A stretch of DNA of 64,000 bases from Octopus bimaculoides (Eukaryota). The notes under the pieces were generated by a model. It saw only the letters and a program-made list of their open reading frames with translations, searched no databases and was not told the DNA's origin. Below, one piece after another: positions 50,101-62,500 of this stretch (position 1 is the stretch's first letter; each line of letters starts with the position of its first letter). The position numbers and the translations under genes were made by a program. The stretch spans positions 67,144,566 through 67,208,565 of the forward strand of contig NC_068991.1 in the NCBI RefSeq assembly GCF_001194135.2. The letters run 5' to 3'.

Positions 50101-51042
50101 CTGCACCAGGTTTCATTGACCGTTTTGGCATGGATTTTACACCTGGATGCCATGGCCGTTACCAGTACCGCCTGACTGGCCTTCATGTGGGTGACACGTA
50201 AAAGCACCCACTACACTCTCTGAGTGGTTGGTGTTAGGAAGGGCATCCAGCTGTAGAAACTCTGCCAAATCAGATTGGAGCCTGGTGTAGCCATCTGGTT
50301 TCGCCAGTCCTCAGTCATATCGTCCAACCCATGCTAGCATGGAAAGCGGATGTTAAACGATGATGATGATGCCCTTCCTAACATCCAGTTCCATTGACTT
50401 GAGTTTCGATCTAATTCCAGGATTAGAGATTTAGAGGAGCAATTATATGAAGCTTTTAGCAAGATGAAGAAAATGGAGAAAAATGAAATGGTGAGTGTTT
50501 TGTATTTTTTTAAAAATAAATATTTCAGCACCCAGTACACTCTCTGGAGTGGTTGGCATTAGGAAGGGCATCTAGCTTTAGAAACCAAACCAAAACAGAC
50601 TATGGAGCCTGGCATAAGCCCTGGCCTTGCCAGTTGCCGTCAAGCCATCCAACCCATGCCAGCATGGAAAATGGACATTAAATGTTATGACAATGACACC
50701 TTTCATCCTTATTTCACTCAGATGGACCTTCCCATGTTAAAAAAAAAATCTTTTATTTTTATAAATATTATAAAGAATTATTCAAAAATAAATCATTAAA
50801 ATATTTTGTGTACTGTACAAGTATAAACCAATTTATTGCAGATAAATTTTAACAACAAAATCTTAGACGGACCATCAAGGGTCATATAGACCTTGGTTTA
50901 GAACCACTGCTTTAAACACAGGTGGAAAACTTAATTATAGGTAATGGCATTGCTGTTTGATTAAGGAGTTGGCTTCCTAATCATGAGATTTGGGGTTTAG
51001 CCCCACTGTGTGACACCTTAGGCAAGTATCTTCTACTATAAA

Positions 51043-51080
<38 letters not shown>

Positions 51081-54000
51081 AAGAGAGAGAGAGAGAGAGA
51101 GAGTATATTTGTGTCTCCTTGCTATGGTATCAAGTTAATAAATGTCATTCATTTCCAGTATTCTATGAGAACATGCCTGGCAAAGGAGAAATATTAACCT
51201 ACTTGGGAATAAGAGTTGGCCACAAGAAGAGCATCCAGCTGTAAAAAAAAACTTACCTCAATAAACGTCATCTAACCCACACAAGCACGGAAAAAATGGA
51301 TGCTAAAATGATGATGATGGTGATTCAGTATACAGATGTAAATTTTTAGAGTTGTACATAGGTGCTGGCATGGCTGTGTGGTAAGAAGTTTGCTTCCCAA
51401 CCCTATGGTTCCGGGTTCAGTCCCACTGTATGGCATCTTGGGCTAGTGTCTTCTTCTATAGCCCCAGGCTAATCAAAACTTTGTGAGCAAATTTGGTGGA
51501 CAGAAACTGAAAGAAGCCCAGTGTGTATGTGCATGCGCGCGCGTGTGTGTGTGTGTGTGTGCAAACACATGTTTCTGTATGTTTACGTTTGTGCTTCTCT
51601 GAAAATCCCTGGGTAAGGTACATTGTCACTTCCTCCTTCAACAAACAGTCCGCTCCTTTTGTGCTTTCAAAGAAGTGTGGAATAAAAGATCTCTTAACTA
51701 GCTGTATCTGGTCTAAATATTCTTCCTGTCTTATGTTCAAACTGGTCGAATCCAGCCTCTCACACCTATCCTGCAATGTCATCTAAAAATAAAGGGTCAC
51801 ATTATCGAAATTTCACGGCTACAAGATTACACATAATTAATTCTAAATAATGTGAATAAATAAGCATTACATTTGACTGAATTATCTGAATGCTGATGGG
51901 TTAAATTAAAAAAAAAAACAGGTAAAAGTTAGCAACAGAAAGAACATCTGGCTGTAAAACAATGTTTTGATAAATTATTAATCTAATTGATGATACCATG
52001 GAAAAATGGATGTAAAAAAAAAAAAAAAAAAAAAAAGAGATAATCTTGTTTAAACAATCTTTTAATCTTTTGTACTTCAATATGAATTTTGACAGGATTA
52101 CTTGGGAAGTATATCATCCAATGTTGATTCTGTTCTACACGCTCTGAAACTACAGAACGCTTCCTATCCAGACAATTTCAAGGTTTGTTAACTTATAGGA
52201 CATTTTCTGTTGTTATGAGTGAGTGTTGGTGGTTTCTTTTGTTGTTGGTTGCCAGAGCAGCTGTCTGGCTTCCGTGCCAGTGGCACGTAAATAGTACCAT
52301 TTGAGCATGATCATTGCCAGTGGCATGTGAAAAAACATTCAAGCGAGGTCATTGCCAAGTGCCGCTGGACTGGCTCCTGTGCAGGTGGCATGTAAAAAAC
52401 ACCATTTTGAGCGTGGCCATTGTCAGTACCGCCTGACTGGCCCTTGTGCCGGTGACATGTAAAAGCAGCCACTACATTCTCAGAGTGGTTGGTGTTAGGA
52501 AGGGCATCCAGCTGTAGAAACTTTTCCAGATCAGATTGGAGCCTGGTGCAGCCATCCTGTTCACCAGTCCTCAGTCAAATCGTCCAACACCTGCTAGCAT
52601 GGAAAGCGGACGTTAAACGATGATGATGATGATGATGATGATGATTGAGAAAATTAAGGTGATGAGCTGGCAGAATTGTTAGCATGCTGGACAAAAATAT
52701 TTCCGAGGCCCTAATGGCAGTGCTTGATTTGAATGAGTTGCTTTTTCTAATAGATCGAGTCACCTTGTATACACTTCTTAGCCCATTGTAGGGTTGTAAA
52801 ATATGGTATTAACTACAGTTTAGAATGGACATAATAAAATCCATCTGTTTTTTTCTGGTTCTCTTATCTGTGGTAAAGATGTAAAAGTGAAAAATGTTGT
52901 AGTTGGTGTCTTCTACAAACAACACTATTGTTTATTATCTTTGGTACCATAATCTTATAGTTATGTTTACTCTCTGTACTCCACCTTTGCCAGGCTGAAC
53001 CATCAGTGTCATTAGCACAACAGTTTGATGATCCAAATTTGTGGGTGGCTGAAATAAAAGTAAGTTTGTCTTTCTCATTGATAATTGTTTACTGTTAGCG
53101 CAAAATGCAATTGTTTCTCTCTTGTTTATTCAGTTGGTTGTGTGGAGGCGCAATGGCCCAGTGGTTAGGGCAGCGGACTTGCGGTCATAGGATCGCGGTT
53201 TCGATTCCCAGACCGGGCATTGTGAGTGTTTATTGAGCGAAAACACCTAAAGCTCCACGAGGCTCCGGCAGGGGATGGTGGCGAACCCTGCTGTACTCTT
53301 TCGCCNNNNNNNNNNTCAAAGGGTCAGCCTTGTCACACTGTGTCACGCTGAATATCCCCGAGAACTACGCTAAGGGTACACGTGTCTGTGGAGTGCTAAG
53401 CCACTTGCACGTTAATTTCATGAGCAGGCTGTTCGGTTGATCGGATCAACTGGAACCCTCGGCGTCGTAAGCTACAGAGTGCCAGCAACAATTCAGTTGG
53501 TTTTAAATGTTTGCCATTAATCATAGATCACTAAAAAAAAAAAAGATTAATAATTCTGTTGTCTTATATACAAGTGAGATGTGGTTTTCAGATCTGTCTC
53601 CAAAGAAGAACTGACTTGGACAATGTGCAAGAATGACAGAATATGAAAAGAGCCCCAGAGTAAAAACAATATAGGAAACAGATCATGTTTGCAAGAGACA
53701 AGATTGAGCTGGTATAGTCATGTGCGGGTGTATGGCGAATGACAATGCATGGTGATCCAAGTGAAAGAGGAAAACTGATGAAGAGTTGGAGAGAATTTAT
53801 GAAATCTGATTTCAAGGGGGCAAGGTCTATCAATAGAGCTGTCAAAAGATCACAATGGGGGACACAAGATGCTGGGCTTGAGAAGAGCCATCCAGTCTTT
53901 AAATGCATTGAAAAATAGATGTGAAATGAAGATGATTTATGGAAGATATGATATATAGATAGTTGATTTGATGTATAAACATTTGGCTGAGAGAACATAA

Positions 54001-56068
54001 GTTTGTAACTGTTGGAACTTGGTGAAACACAACAATATTGTAATAATTGTCTTTGGTTGTAAGAATTACAGCTTTCTCAAGGGCTTACAACCTGAAAATT
54101 GTATTAGAGCAATGCTAGGGATACTTTCTTAAGAAATGTGATTAATTTTTAAAATTATATAAAAGTTATCTATTTAAAATATTCACTTGAAACATTGCTG
54201 CAGAATAATATTGAAGCTGTAATCTCATTCAACACAAATCACATATGTGCCAGAATTCATCCACACACACAATAGAAATTCATGATATGTATATACACAG
54301 AATCTATAACTGACCTATCTGTTTTTATCATTCATTTCTGTATGAAGAACAAGCTATGCTGGCTTCAGTGTGAAATACAACTTCACAATAGTCAACAGAA
54401 GAGAGAACCATTAAAACCAACTGCCCAAAACATGACAGATAAATCCGTTAAGGAGCCAGGCACCAACAAATCTTCAGAAACATCAACAACTGGGGCAGGT
54501 TTGTATCAAATATTTACTTTACTTCTATAAAAGCTTGCTGCCTCTGTGAGTGTGTGAATGTTTGTTGTGTGTCACTAATTAATACTTAAAATGTTTGTTA
54601 TTTCTGTTTATCTATTGACAGGAATGAATTTTGAAGGGAAGAAATCTGGAACACCTTTGAAGGTGAGATAATGAAGGAAGAGGTGTAAGTAGTGGACCAA
54701 AGAAATATGAATATGAGTATTTTATGATTCCACTTAGCCAATTTCAGGGAAAGGGGTAAGTCAATCACATAGACCCTAGTGCCCAATTTGTACTTATTTT
54801 ATCGGCCCTGAAAAGATGAAAGGTAAAGTCACCCTCGGCGGAATTTGAACTCAGAACGTAAAGACACAAAATGCTGCTAAGCATTTAATCCGATGTGCTA
54901 TGATTCTGCTAGTCCACCGCCTTGGATTACGGGTGTATTATTGTCCGGTGTTACTCATAGTGGCAAAAATACCTTTCCAATATTTCTTGCCATATAACAC
55001 AGTAAAACTCTAGTTTAGTATATACTAATCAAGGGAGATAAATCTGATCAATATAACCTCCCTTCTTTGGAACCAACGATGATATGGAAAGGCGTCAGCG
55101 AATGTGTTAATGGACGTATGGATATTTATATCTTTTACGTTTTTCAATCATTGGACTACGGCACCGATTTGAAAGATTTTAGTCAAACGAATAGATACCA
55201 GTAATATTTTTAAAGCCGAGTACTCATTCTATCCGCCTTATTTATTTCACTGCTAAGTTACAGGACCATAAACAAACCAACACCAGTTGTCAAGCAGTGG
55301 TGGTGGACGAATACAAAAACACACACATTTGCGACAGGCTTCTTTCAGTTTCTGTTTACCAAATTCACTCACAAGGCTTTGGTTATCCCAGAGCTACAGT
55401 TGAAAACATTTGCCCAAAGTGCCTCACAGTGTGACTGAACCTGGTACCATGTGATTGAAAGTTTTGAAAGGATTTAGTAACTCTGGAGAACCTGGATATT
55501 GACACTAATACTTACTGAATTCTAAGCAAACCCTCTGCTACTTAAGCTAATTCCCAACTGGGTAGCTTAGAGAGCAGTGGTGGGCACAGCTAACCAAAAA
55601 GTTAGCTTTGCTAATCTGCTAACTAAAAACGTTAACTTCACAAACGCTATATATAAATTGGCGCAGAGTTTGATCAAGGTCTACTAAAAAAAAAACTAGT
55701 TTCTCATCTGCATCTCCATGCAAGCTGGAATGATTTCTGTGAGCATGTGGTTTGTACAGTTTTTCACTGGTAGGAAGGAGGCAGGACATTTGATCGCAGT
55801 ATCTTATAACCATATTTTGTTTATAGAAACTACACAGATTGTAGTTTAATATTTGTTACTAGGCTGTTCTAAATTCATAGAAATATTACTTATAATTTAT
55901 AGCCTTGTTATTAAACTTTTGAAAATAGTGACACGTTGGGGGTGAGAAATAACCAAGATGAGGGATGGAATGATGGTCGGAATTTGATAAGTTCAGAACT
56001 TAAGGTTTGTTTATTTATTATTTCATTAAAAGACTGCTGTTTTGGCTGGGCAGACTTAATCATGAATG

Positions 56069-56111
<43 letters not shown>

Positions 56112-56525
56112 GAAGAAAAGCAACAAAAATTCAATAGGTTATAGTATGTATTTTTCGTACAAGCTCCATTTATTCATGTAGTGAGAACACTACATAAAAT
56201 GTACAACTGTTGAACAGCAGCATAGTCAAGATGGTGTGTTTTCTTCTCTTACTCTTTTTTGCACACATCTACAAAATGACTTTCTAAAATGAAATTCCAT
56301 TATGCAGCTGAGGAGTACATTTTCATTGTACATTTTATGTAGTGTTCTCACTACATGAATAAATGGAGCTTGTACGAAACGTACGTACTGCTATAACCTA
56401 TTGAATTTTTGTTGCTTTTCTTCAAATTTTATTCACCAAATCTCTTGATTTTGTTTTTGGTTTTTACCCTACCAAATTCTGTTGCCTCAAACAGTTTAAG
56501 TACCACATTTAATCTTTTGATTAAA

Positions 56526-56561
<36 letters not shown>

Positions 56562-59500
56562 ATATATTATGACATTTATTTCAATTAGCTATTATACATT
56601 TTATTACATTAATTAAGAAAATATGAAGTACGCCATAATAATTTAATCTTGTATAATTTTAATTTATAAATACCTTGTAAGATACTCCTCCAGCTGTTTA
56701 TAGCTGGCCAAGATCATCCTGCCCAGAGTGCAGTGGGACATCGACGTCTTGCTGGGGTTCAGCGTCTTGATCAGGCTGACCAAGGTGGAAGACTCCACTA
56801 CATGCAGTGGTAGCATGTTGTTGACAAACAGGTCTACAATCCTTCTGTCCACTATAGACTGACGGACGCCAGTGCCAGCAGGTTGGGTAAATGCCTTACC
56901 AATGCTAGGCTGGGGTGCTTTCTTTGCACATGGCTGCAATATCTGGCTACTGGCACTGCTCCTAGAAGATTGTGTTTCCCACGGGAAGAGCTGGCCTTGA
57001 TCCTTTCCTCAAACTGGATGGCACGCATTGGGTGTTTCTTCTTGACATGCAACTTCAAGTTGTAGAGACTTGCTGCTTGTCCCTTAATGGTGGTCTCTTT
57101 GGGCTGGCACATGATGCACCGGAAGTACAGAATGTTGGTGTTCCTCTTATCCTTTGACATAAGGACAAACTAGTCCTCTATGCGGGAGCCATGGGTTCTG
57201 AGACTCTTGGCTCTCAACCTGAGTGACCTCTGCCTCACTCACAGCCATTGCAGACTCCTCAACAGGCCCTTCATCCTCAGACTGAACAAAAACGTCTTCA
57301 CCTTCCATAACAATAAGTGATGACTTGATAAGCCGATAACATACACTGCTGTCGCTGACATTGTAAGTCTGTCTATAATGTGACAATGTCGTAAGTGAAT
57401 ACAACTCAAAACTGCAGAATTACACAATGTTGCTCAGTTAGCTGCTGTTGCGTTGACCAATCACGTTTTGTCACATATACGCGTAGTGAGCCAATAGCGT
57501 GCCTGATGGACTCTTCGAGAGACGCCAACAACAGACAAGAACAAATGTGTGAATTTTGTTAGTGGAACTAAATTTAGCAAAGGCTAATTTGTCTGTTAAT
57601 GATTTCAAAAGTTAGCAAAAATGCTAATCCACTAAACAAAAAGTTAGCTTTGTTAATTAGCTGTTAGTGGATTAGTGGGACCATGCTCACCACTGCTACA
57701 GAGTATATATATATATATATATATATNNNNNNNNNNNNNNNNNNNNNNNNNNNNNNNNNNNNNNNNNNNNNNNNNNNNNNNNNNNNNNNNNNNNNNNNNN
57801 NNNNNNNNNNNNNNNNNNNNNNNNNNNNNNNNNNNNNNNNNNNNNNNNNNNNNNNNNNNNNNNNNNNNNNNNNNNNNNNNNNNNNNNNNNNNNNNNNNNN
57901 NNNNNNNNNNNNNNNNNNNNNNNNNNNNNNNNNNNNNNNNNNNNNNNNNNNNNNNNNNNNNNNNNNNNNNNNNNNNNNNNNNNNNNNNNNNNNNNNNNNN
58001 NNNNNNNNNNNNNNNNNNNNNNNNNNNNNNNNNNNNNNNNNNNNNNNNNNNNNNNNNNNACAGCCTCGGGCCGACCAAAGCCTTGTGAGTGGATTTGGTA
58101 GACGGAAACTGTAAAGAAGCCCGTTGTTTGTGTGTCTGTGTTTGTCCCCCCAACATCGCTTGACAACCGATGATGGTGTGTTTACGTCCCTGTAACTTAG
58201 CGGTTTGGCAAAAGAGACTGATAGAATAAGTACTAGGCTTACAAAGAATAAATCCTGGGGTCAATTTGCTCGACTAAAGGCGGTGCTCCAGCATGGCCGC
58301 AGTCAAATGACTGAAACGAGTAAAAGAGTAAAAGAGATACACATACACACACACACGACTGAGATATATAAACTGAAAAGAAAATTTTAGTGATAATGTT
58401 ATTCTATCATTGCACATGTATGTGTGTGCATATATACATATATATAGTTTATAGATGAGAGACAGCTATTCTCCACATAGAATACATTTCATAGTGCTCA
58501 AGAGATTTAAGCTTGAGCAGGTAAAGGAGAAAATGTAAAGATAAACAAGTTAGGCAAGTCGATATACAAAAAATATTAAATACATTTTATATATATATAT
58601 ATATACTCAACAGTAGCCAACAGGATATACATATGTGTGTGTGTGTTCTTGTCTTGATATTGCATAATAGTTGTAAACAAGCATCAACATACAAGAGATG
58701 TTGTCTGTTTCCATTTCTCCAATGAGTGTTGGCAACAAAGACATCTGGCCATTAAAAAAATCTGCCTTAAATTCTGTCTGACCCATACGGGCATGGAAAA
58801 ATGGACGTTAAAGCAATGATAATTATTCCTATTTGCTGTAAATCCTCTTATTTCTGTCATAAAACCAGAACTTTATGTGGTGGTAGTTTAAACAGGCAAT
58901 ACTTATTTAGTGTGGGGATGTGGTTCATGCTATGTATGTTCACACACACACATGAAATAAACAGGTTACATGTTTTTCTTACTCTTTACCATTAACATTG
59001 TCAGGAAAATATGACCCAAATATCTGACTGTGTAGTGAAAAGCCAGCAAACAAGCCCAGCAGCTGTTACATTTTCAGAAAAACCACTTTTAGAACAAAGA
59101 CAACACGTCATTGATGAAATGGAAGACTTCAGGGTATCTAGAATTTTGTTTCTTATGCCTTACACAAATTTACAACTATAATCATTAGACTTGCTACAAC
59201 TGATACTATATATCAGGTTTTTCTTTTGGAATGATGAGGGCCATCTAGTTGTCTTGGGTGAGGGCTGACTGATGCAGTGACTGTTTAAAGTTAACGAGGG
59301 CTGTGCACCATCAACTTTACTCTGTTGTCCATGATCATCTTCAATTCAGTGGAAAGACCAGGACAAGGCAACTAGAGATGGAAATAGATGCAATGGATGA
59401 CCACGATGTCTTATTGGCCTCATATTACTTACTCTCTGCTCTCCACAATGTGTTGTCACAGCCACCTTCCTCTCTGTTCAACCATGAAATTTTCTTCTGT

Positions 59501-62500
59501 AGAGCCAATCAGATCCAGAGCATCTATATATTTATCTTGACAGATAAATATATGAGAGAGATCCTTGTGTGGTTCATAAAAGTCAGAAAATACCGTTTTA
59601 AACCAGGCATGAGGAGAAAAAAACTAATTTTAGTAAATTCTAATTTACTTACTTTCACACTTCAGTTGTATGATAAAATACAATCTGGCCTTCATTGATT
59701 TTCTTGGTCACATGGTAGGCCAGAGGCAACAGTGCTACATTAATTATTCAGTATATATTGTGTAATCATTGGTGTTACTACGGACTCAAATCAGGATCTA
59801 GAGCACTTACTGAACAATTTTCATGCTTGAACACCAGGAAAATGCTTGCGTCTTTAAAGGTGTTTTAGAAATAGACTGGGTAAGGAGTTACAGTTAAAAT
59901 ATTCATCTTGCTAAGATGATTGTTTAAAGATGTGTAAACATTCTAATATAATATAAAATAAAATAAAATAAAGTCTCTGATGTGCTATGAGAAAAATATT
60001 TCAATGCTTATTTCTATTTCATTTCTTTATAGGAAATTGAGAGAGGTAAAATAGAAAAACGATATCTGAAGTAAGTACATTATAATTTTGGACTGATTAT
60101 ATATTTATAGAAAAAAAAATTCAAAGTTGAAAAATAGATTATTAAAATCAGGTTTGCAAAGATTGTGGAGTTTCTAAATTAACATGTTGGAATGGGTTAA
60201 GGATCCTGGATAGTTAAAAGGGGAATAATTTCGCATTTTAACGAAAAGGACCTTTATTGGATTGTACTGTAAGATATTTCTCCAAGAAATATGTTATGAT
60301 TATGTTAGGGACCTGAATTCATGTTAAATGTATGAGAATGTATACATGTCCATGTATCCGAGTGTGATCATTGCCAGAGCAGCTGTCTGGCTTCCGTGCC
60401 AGTGGCACGTAAATAGCACCATTTGAGTGTGATCATTACCAGTGTTGCCTTACTGGCATGTGAACAAATATTCAAGCGAGGTCGTTGCCAGTGCCGCTGG
60501 ACTGACTCCTGTGCAGGTGGCACATAAAATACACCATTTCGAGCGTGGCCGTTGCCGTTATCGCCTGACTGGCCTTTGTGCCGGTGGCACGTGAAAGCAC
60601 CCACTACACTCTCGGAGGGGTTGGCATTAGGAAGGGCATCCAGCTGTAGAAACTCTGCCAGATCAGACTGGAGCCTGGTGCAGCCATCTGGTTTCACCAG
60701 TCCTCAGTCCAACCCATGCTAGCATGGAAATCGGACATTAAATGATGATGATGTGTGCTGGATATAGGTTCAAATGTATGAGTGAGTGAGCATCAAAAGG
60801 TGAAATCAGCAAATCAGCATAAACTTGAAGAAACAGCTTTCTAAAAAATTCTTACTCTACTAGAGAAGGCCAGTGTACTCACAGCCTAATCTTGTCAGTG
60901 GAGCAGATGGAGGCATCAGTGGAAGAATCTACTGATATTGTTGGGTTTGTTTGTTCAGGTGGTGAGGGTTGATGCCAAGACTCAAAGTGAACCTCTTTTA
61001 GGCAGTCGATGCTGAACAAGTCTTCTTTGAAGATGAACAACAACAAGAAGAATAAGACGAATAGGAAGAACAAGAAAAGGTTGCTTACTGGTTGCTTTGA
61101 TGTCACTTGTACAAGATGTTTGGTGGAAAACTGAAATCAGAGACCCCCAGCGAGACATCTGGTAGAAGATTGCCAGTCCAAAATAAAGTGTGGACGTTGT
61201 TTATGCAGAGACGAGAACTGTGCCTCTAGACCAGGGGTTTTCAAAGTTTTTGACTTGCGGACCCTTTTATATTTCAGGCTTTACCTTAGGGACCCCCCTT
61301 ATAAACGCTTATGAAATTTATACATAAATATTTTCTTAAAATAACATATATTTTTACATTTATTTATTTAACAGTATTTAACAAATAGGTTTATTGTCAA
61401 TTAAAAAACACTTCCTAAGTCGATGCAAATGTTCCAAGAGTCCAAAAGGTTCCTGTGTGTGAAGGAAGCTTGCTTCCCAGCTACATGGTTTCAGGTTCAG
61501 TCCCACTGCGTGGCACCTTGGGCAAGTGTCTTTTGCTATAACCCCGGGCCGACTAAAGCTTTGTAATTGAATTTGGTAGGCAGAAGTTACTGCCATGTGT
61601 GTACATGTGTAAGTGCTTGTGCCACCTAACATATAAAGTGTGGCACAACACTGAACCTACTTTCCATTGTAACCAGTTACAATGGCAGTGGCACAATAGA
61701 GGTTTATATTGAGATGACCAAAAACAAACTGCACTTCAGGTTTTTATTATATAAACTTAACTTCTAGAAGTTCTAACAAGAACTAAGGGTCTTTCACTCC
61801 CTGTAGCTTACATGCTAGTTAACTCAAAGCTGGGGCCTTGACATGTGCTACTGTTCTGGGTGAGAGTAGACCTGAGAACAATAGTGGCTAAGAGGTGGTT
61901 CCATGCTCCTAAAAATCCTGGAGATAAGCACATATGTACATAATATAAACATACATGAGAAAAAACACCCAGAAATACAAGACAATATCTTGTAAGACTT
62001 TTCTTTCTATTTTGTGTTGTTAAGCTTTATATCTAATGATTTAAAAGTCAATATCAGCCAACTTTACTATAGCATACAGTGACATTTTTCTTGTGATGAT
62101 GATGATGATATTGATGAATGTCAGCCTTTCTTTTCACAGAATCTTCACTAAAATCTTAGGCATCACCATATATTACTCAACATTATTACAAAAGCAATGA
62201 GCAAAAGCCAAACTTTTAATATTGTCATTTTTTTTTGTGGTAGAAACTTAGTTCAAAAAGAAAATAAGAGTTTGCAGTAATAAAGCAATAGTGTGTCTCT
62301 CTCATACATGCTGTTATATTTGGGAAGTTACACAACTCTCTGGTTCAATAAAAAGTATTTGTGTAACCATGAGAGATATTTTGTGGTACAACAGCACTAA
62401 GTTTAAATTTGTTTTCCTTCAAAGGTTACAAGAAACCATGAGATCCCTGCAACAGGAATTAGATTTACCAGTCGCCACAGAAAAGGTTGGGGTTTTTTTT

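Noticed and set aside
59134-59141. U12-type intron after exon 27 (GTATCTAG)
   Set aside because: It does not match GTATCCTT, and no TCCTTAAC branch site is seen before the next acceptor.
60840-61220. Acidic coding-like stretch (EDEQQQEE*DE*EEQEK) before a hAT TIR at 61232
   Set aside because: Multiple stops, no splice support and no recognisable family motif. Probably a decayed TE.
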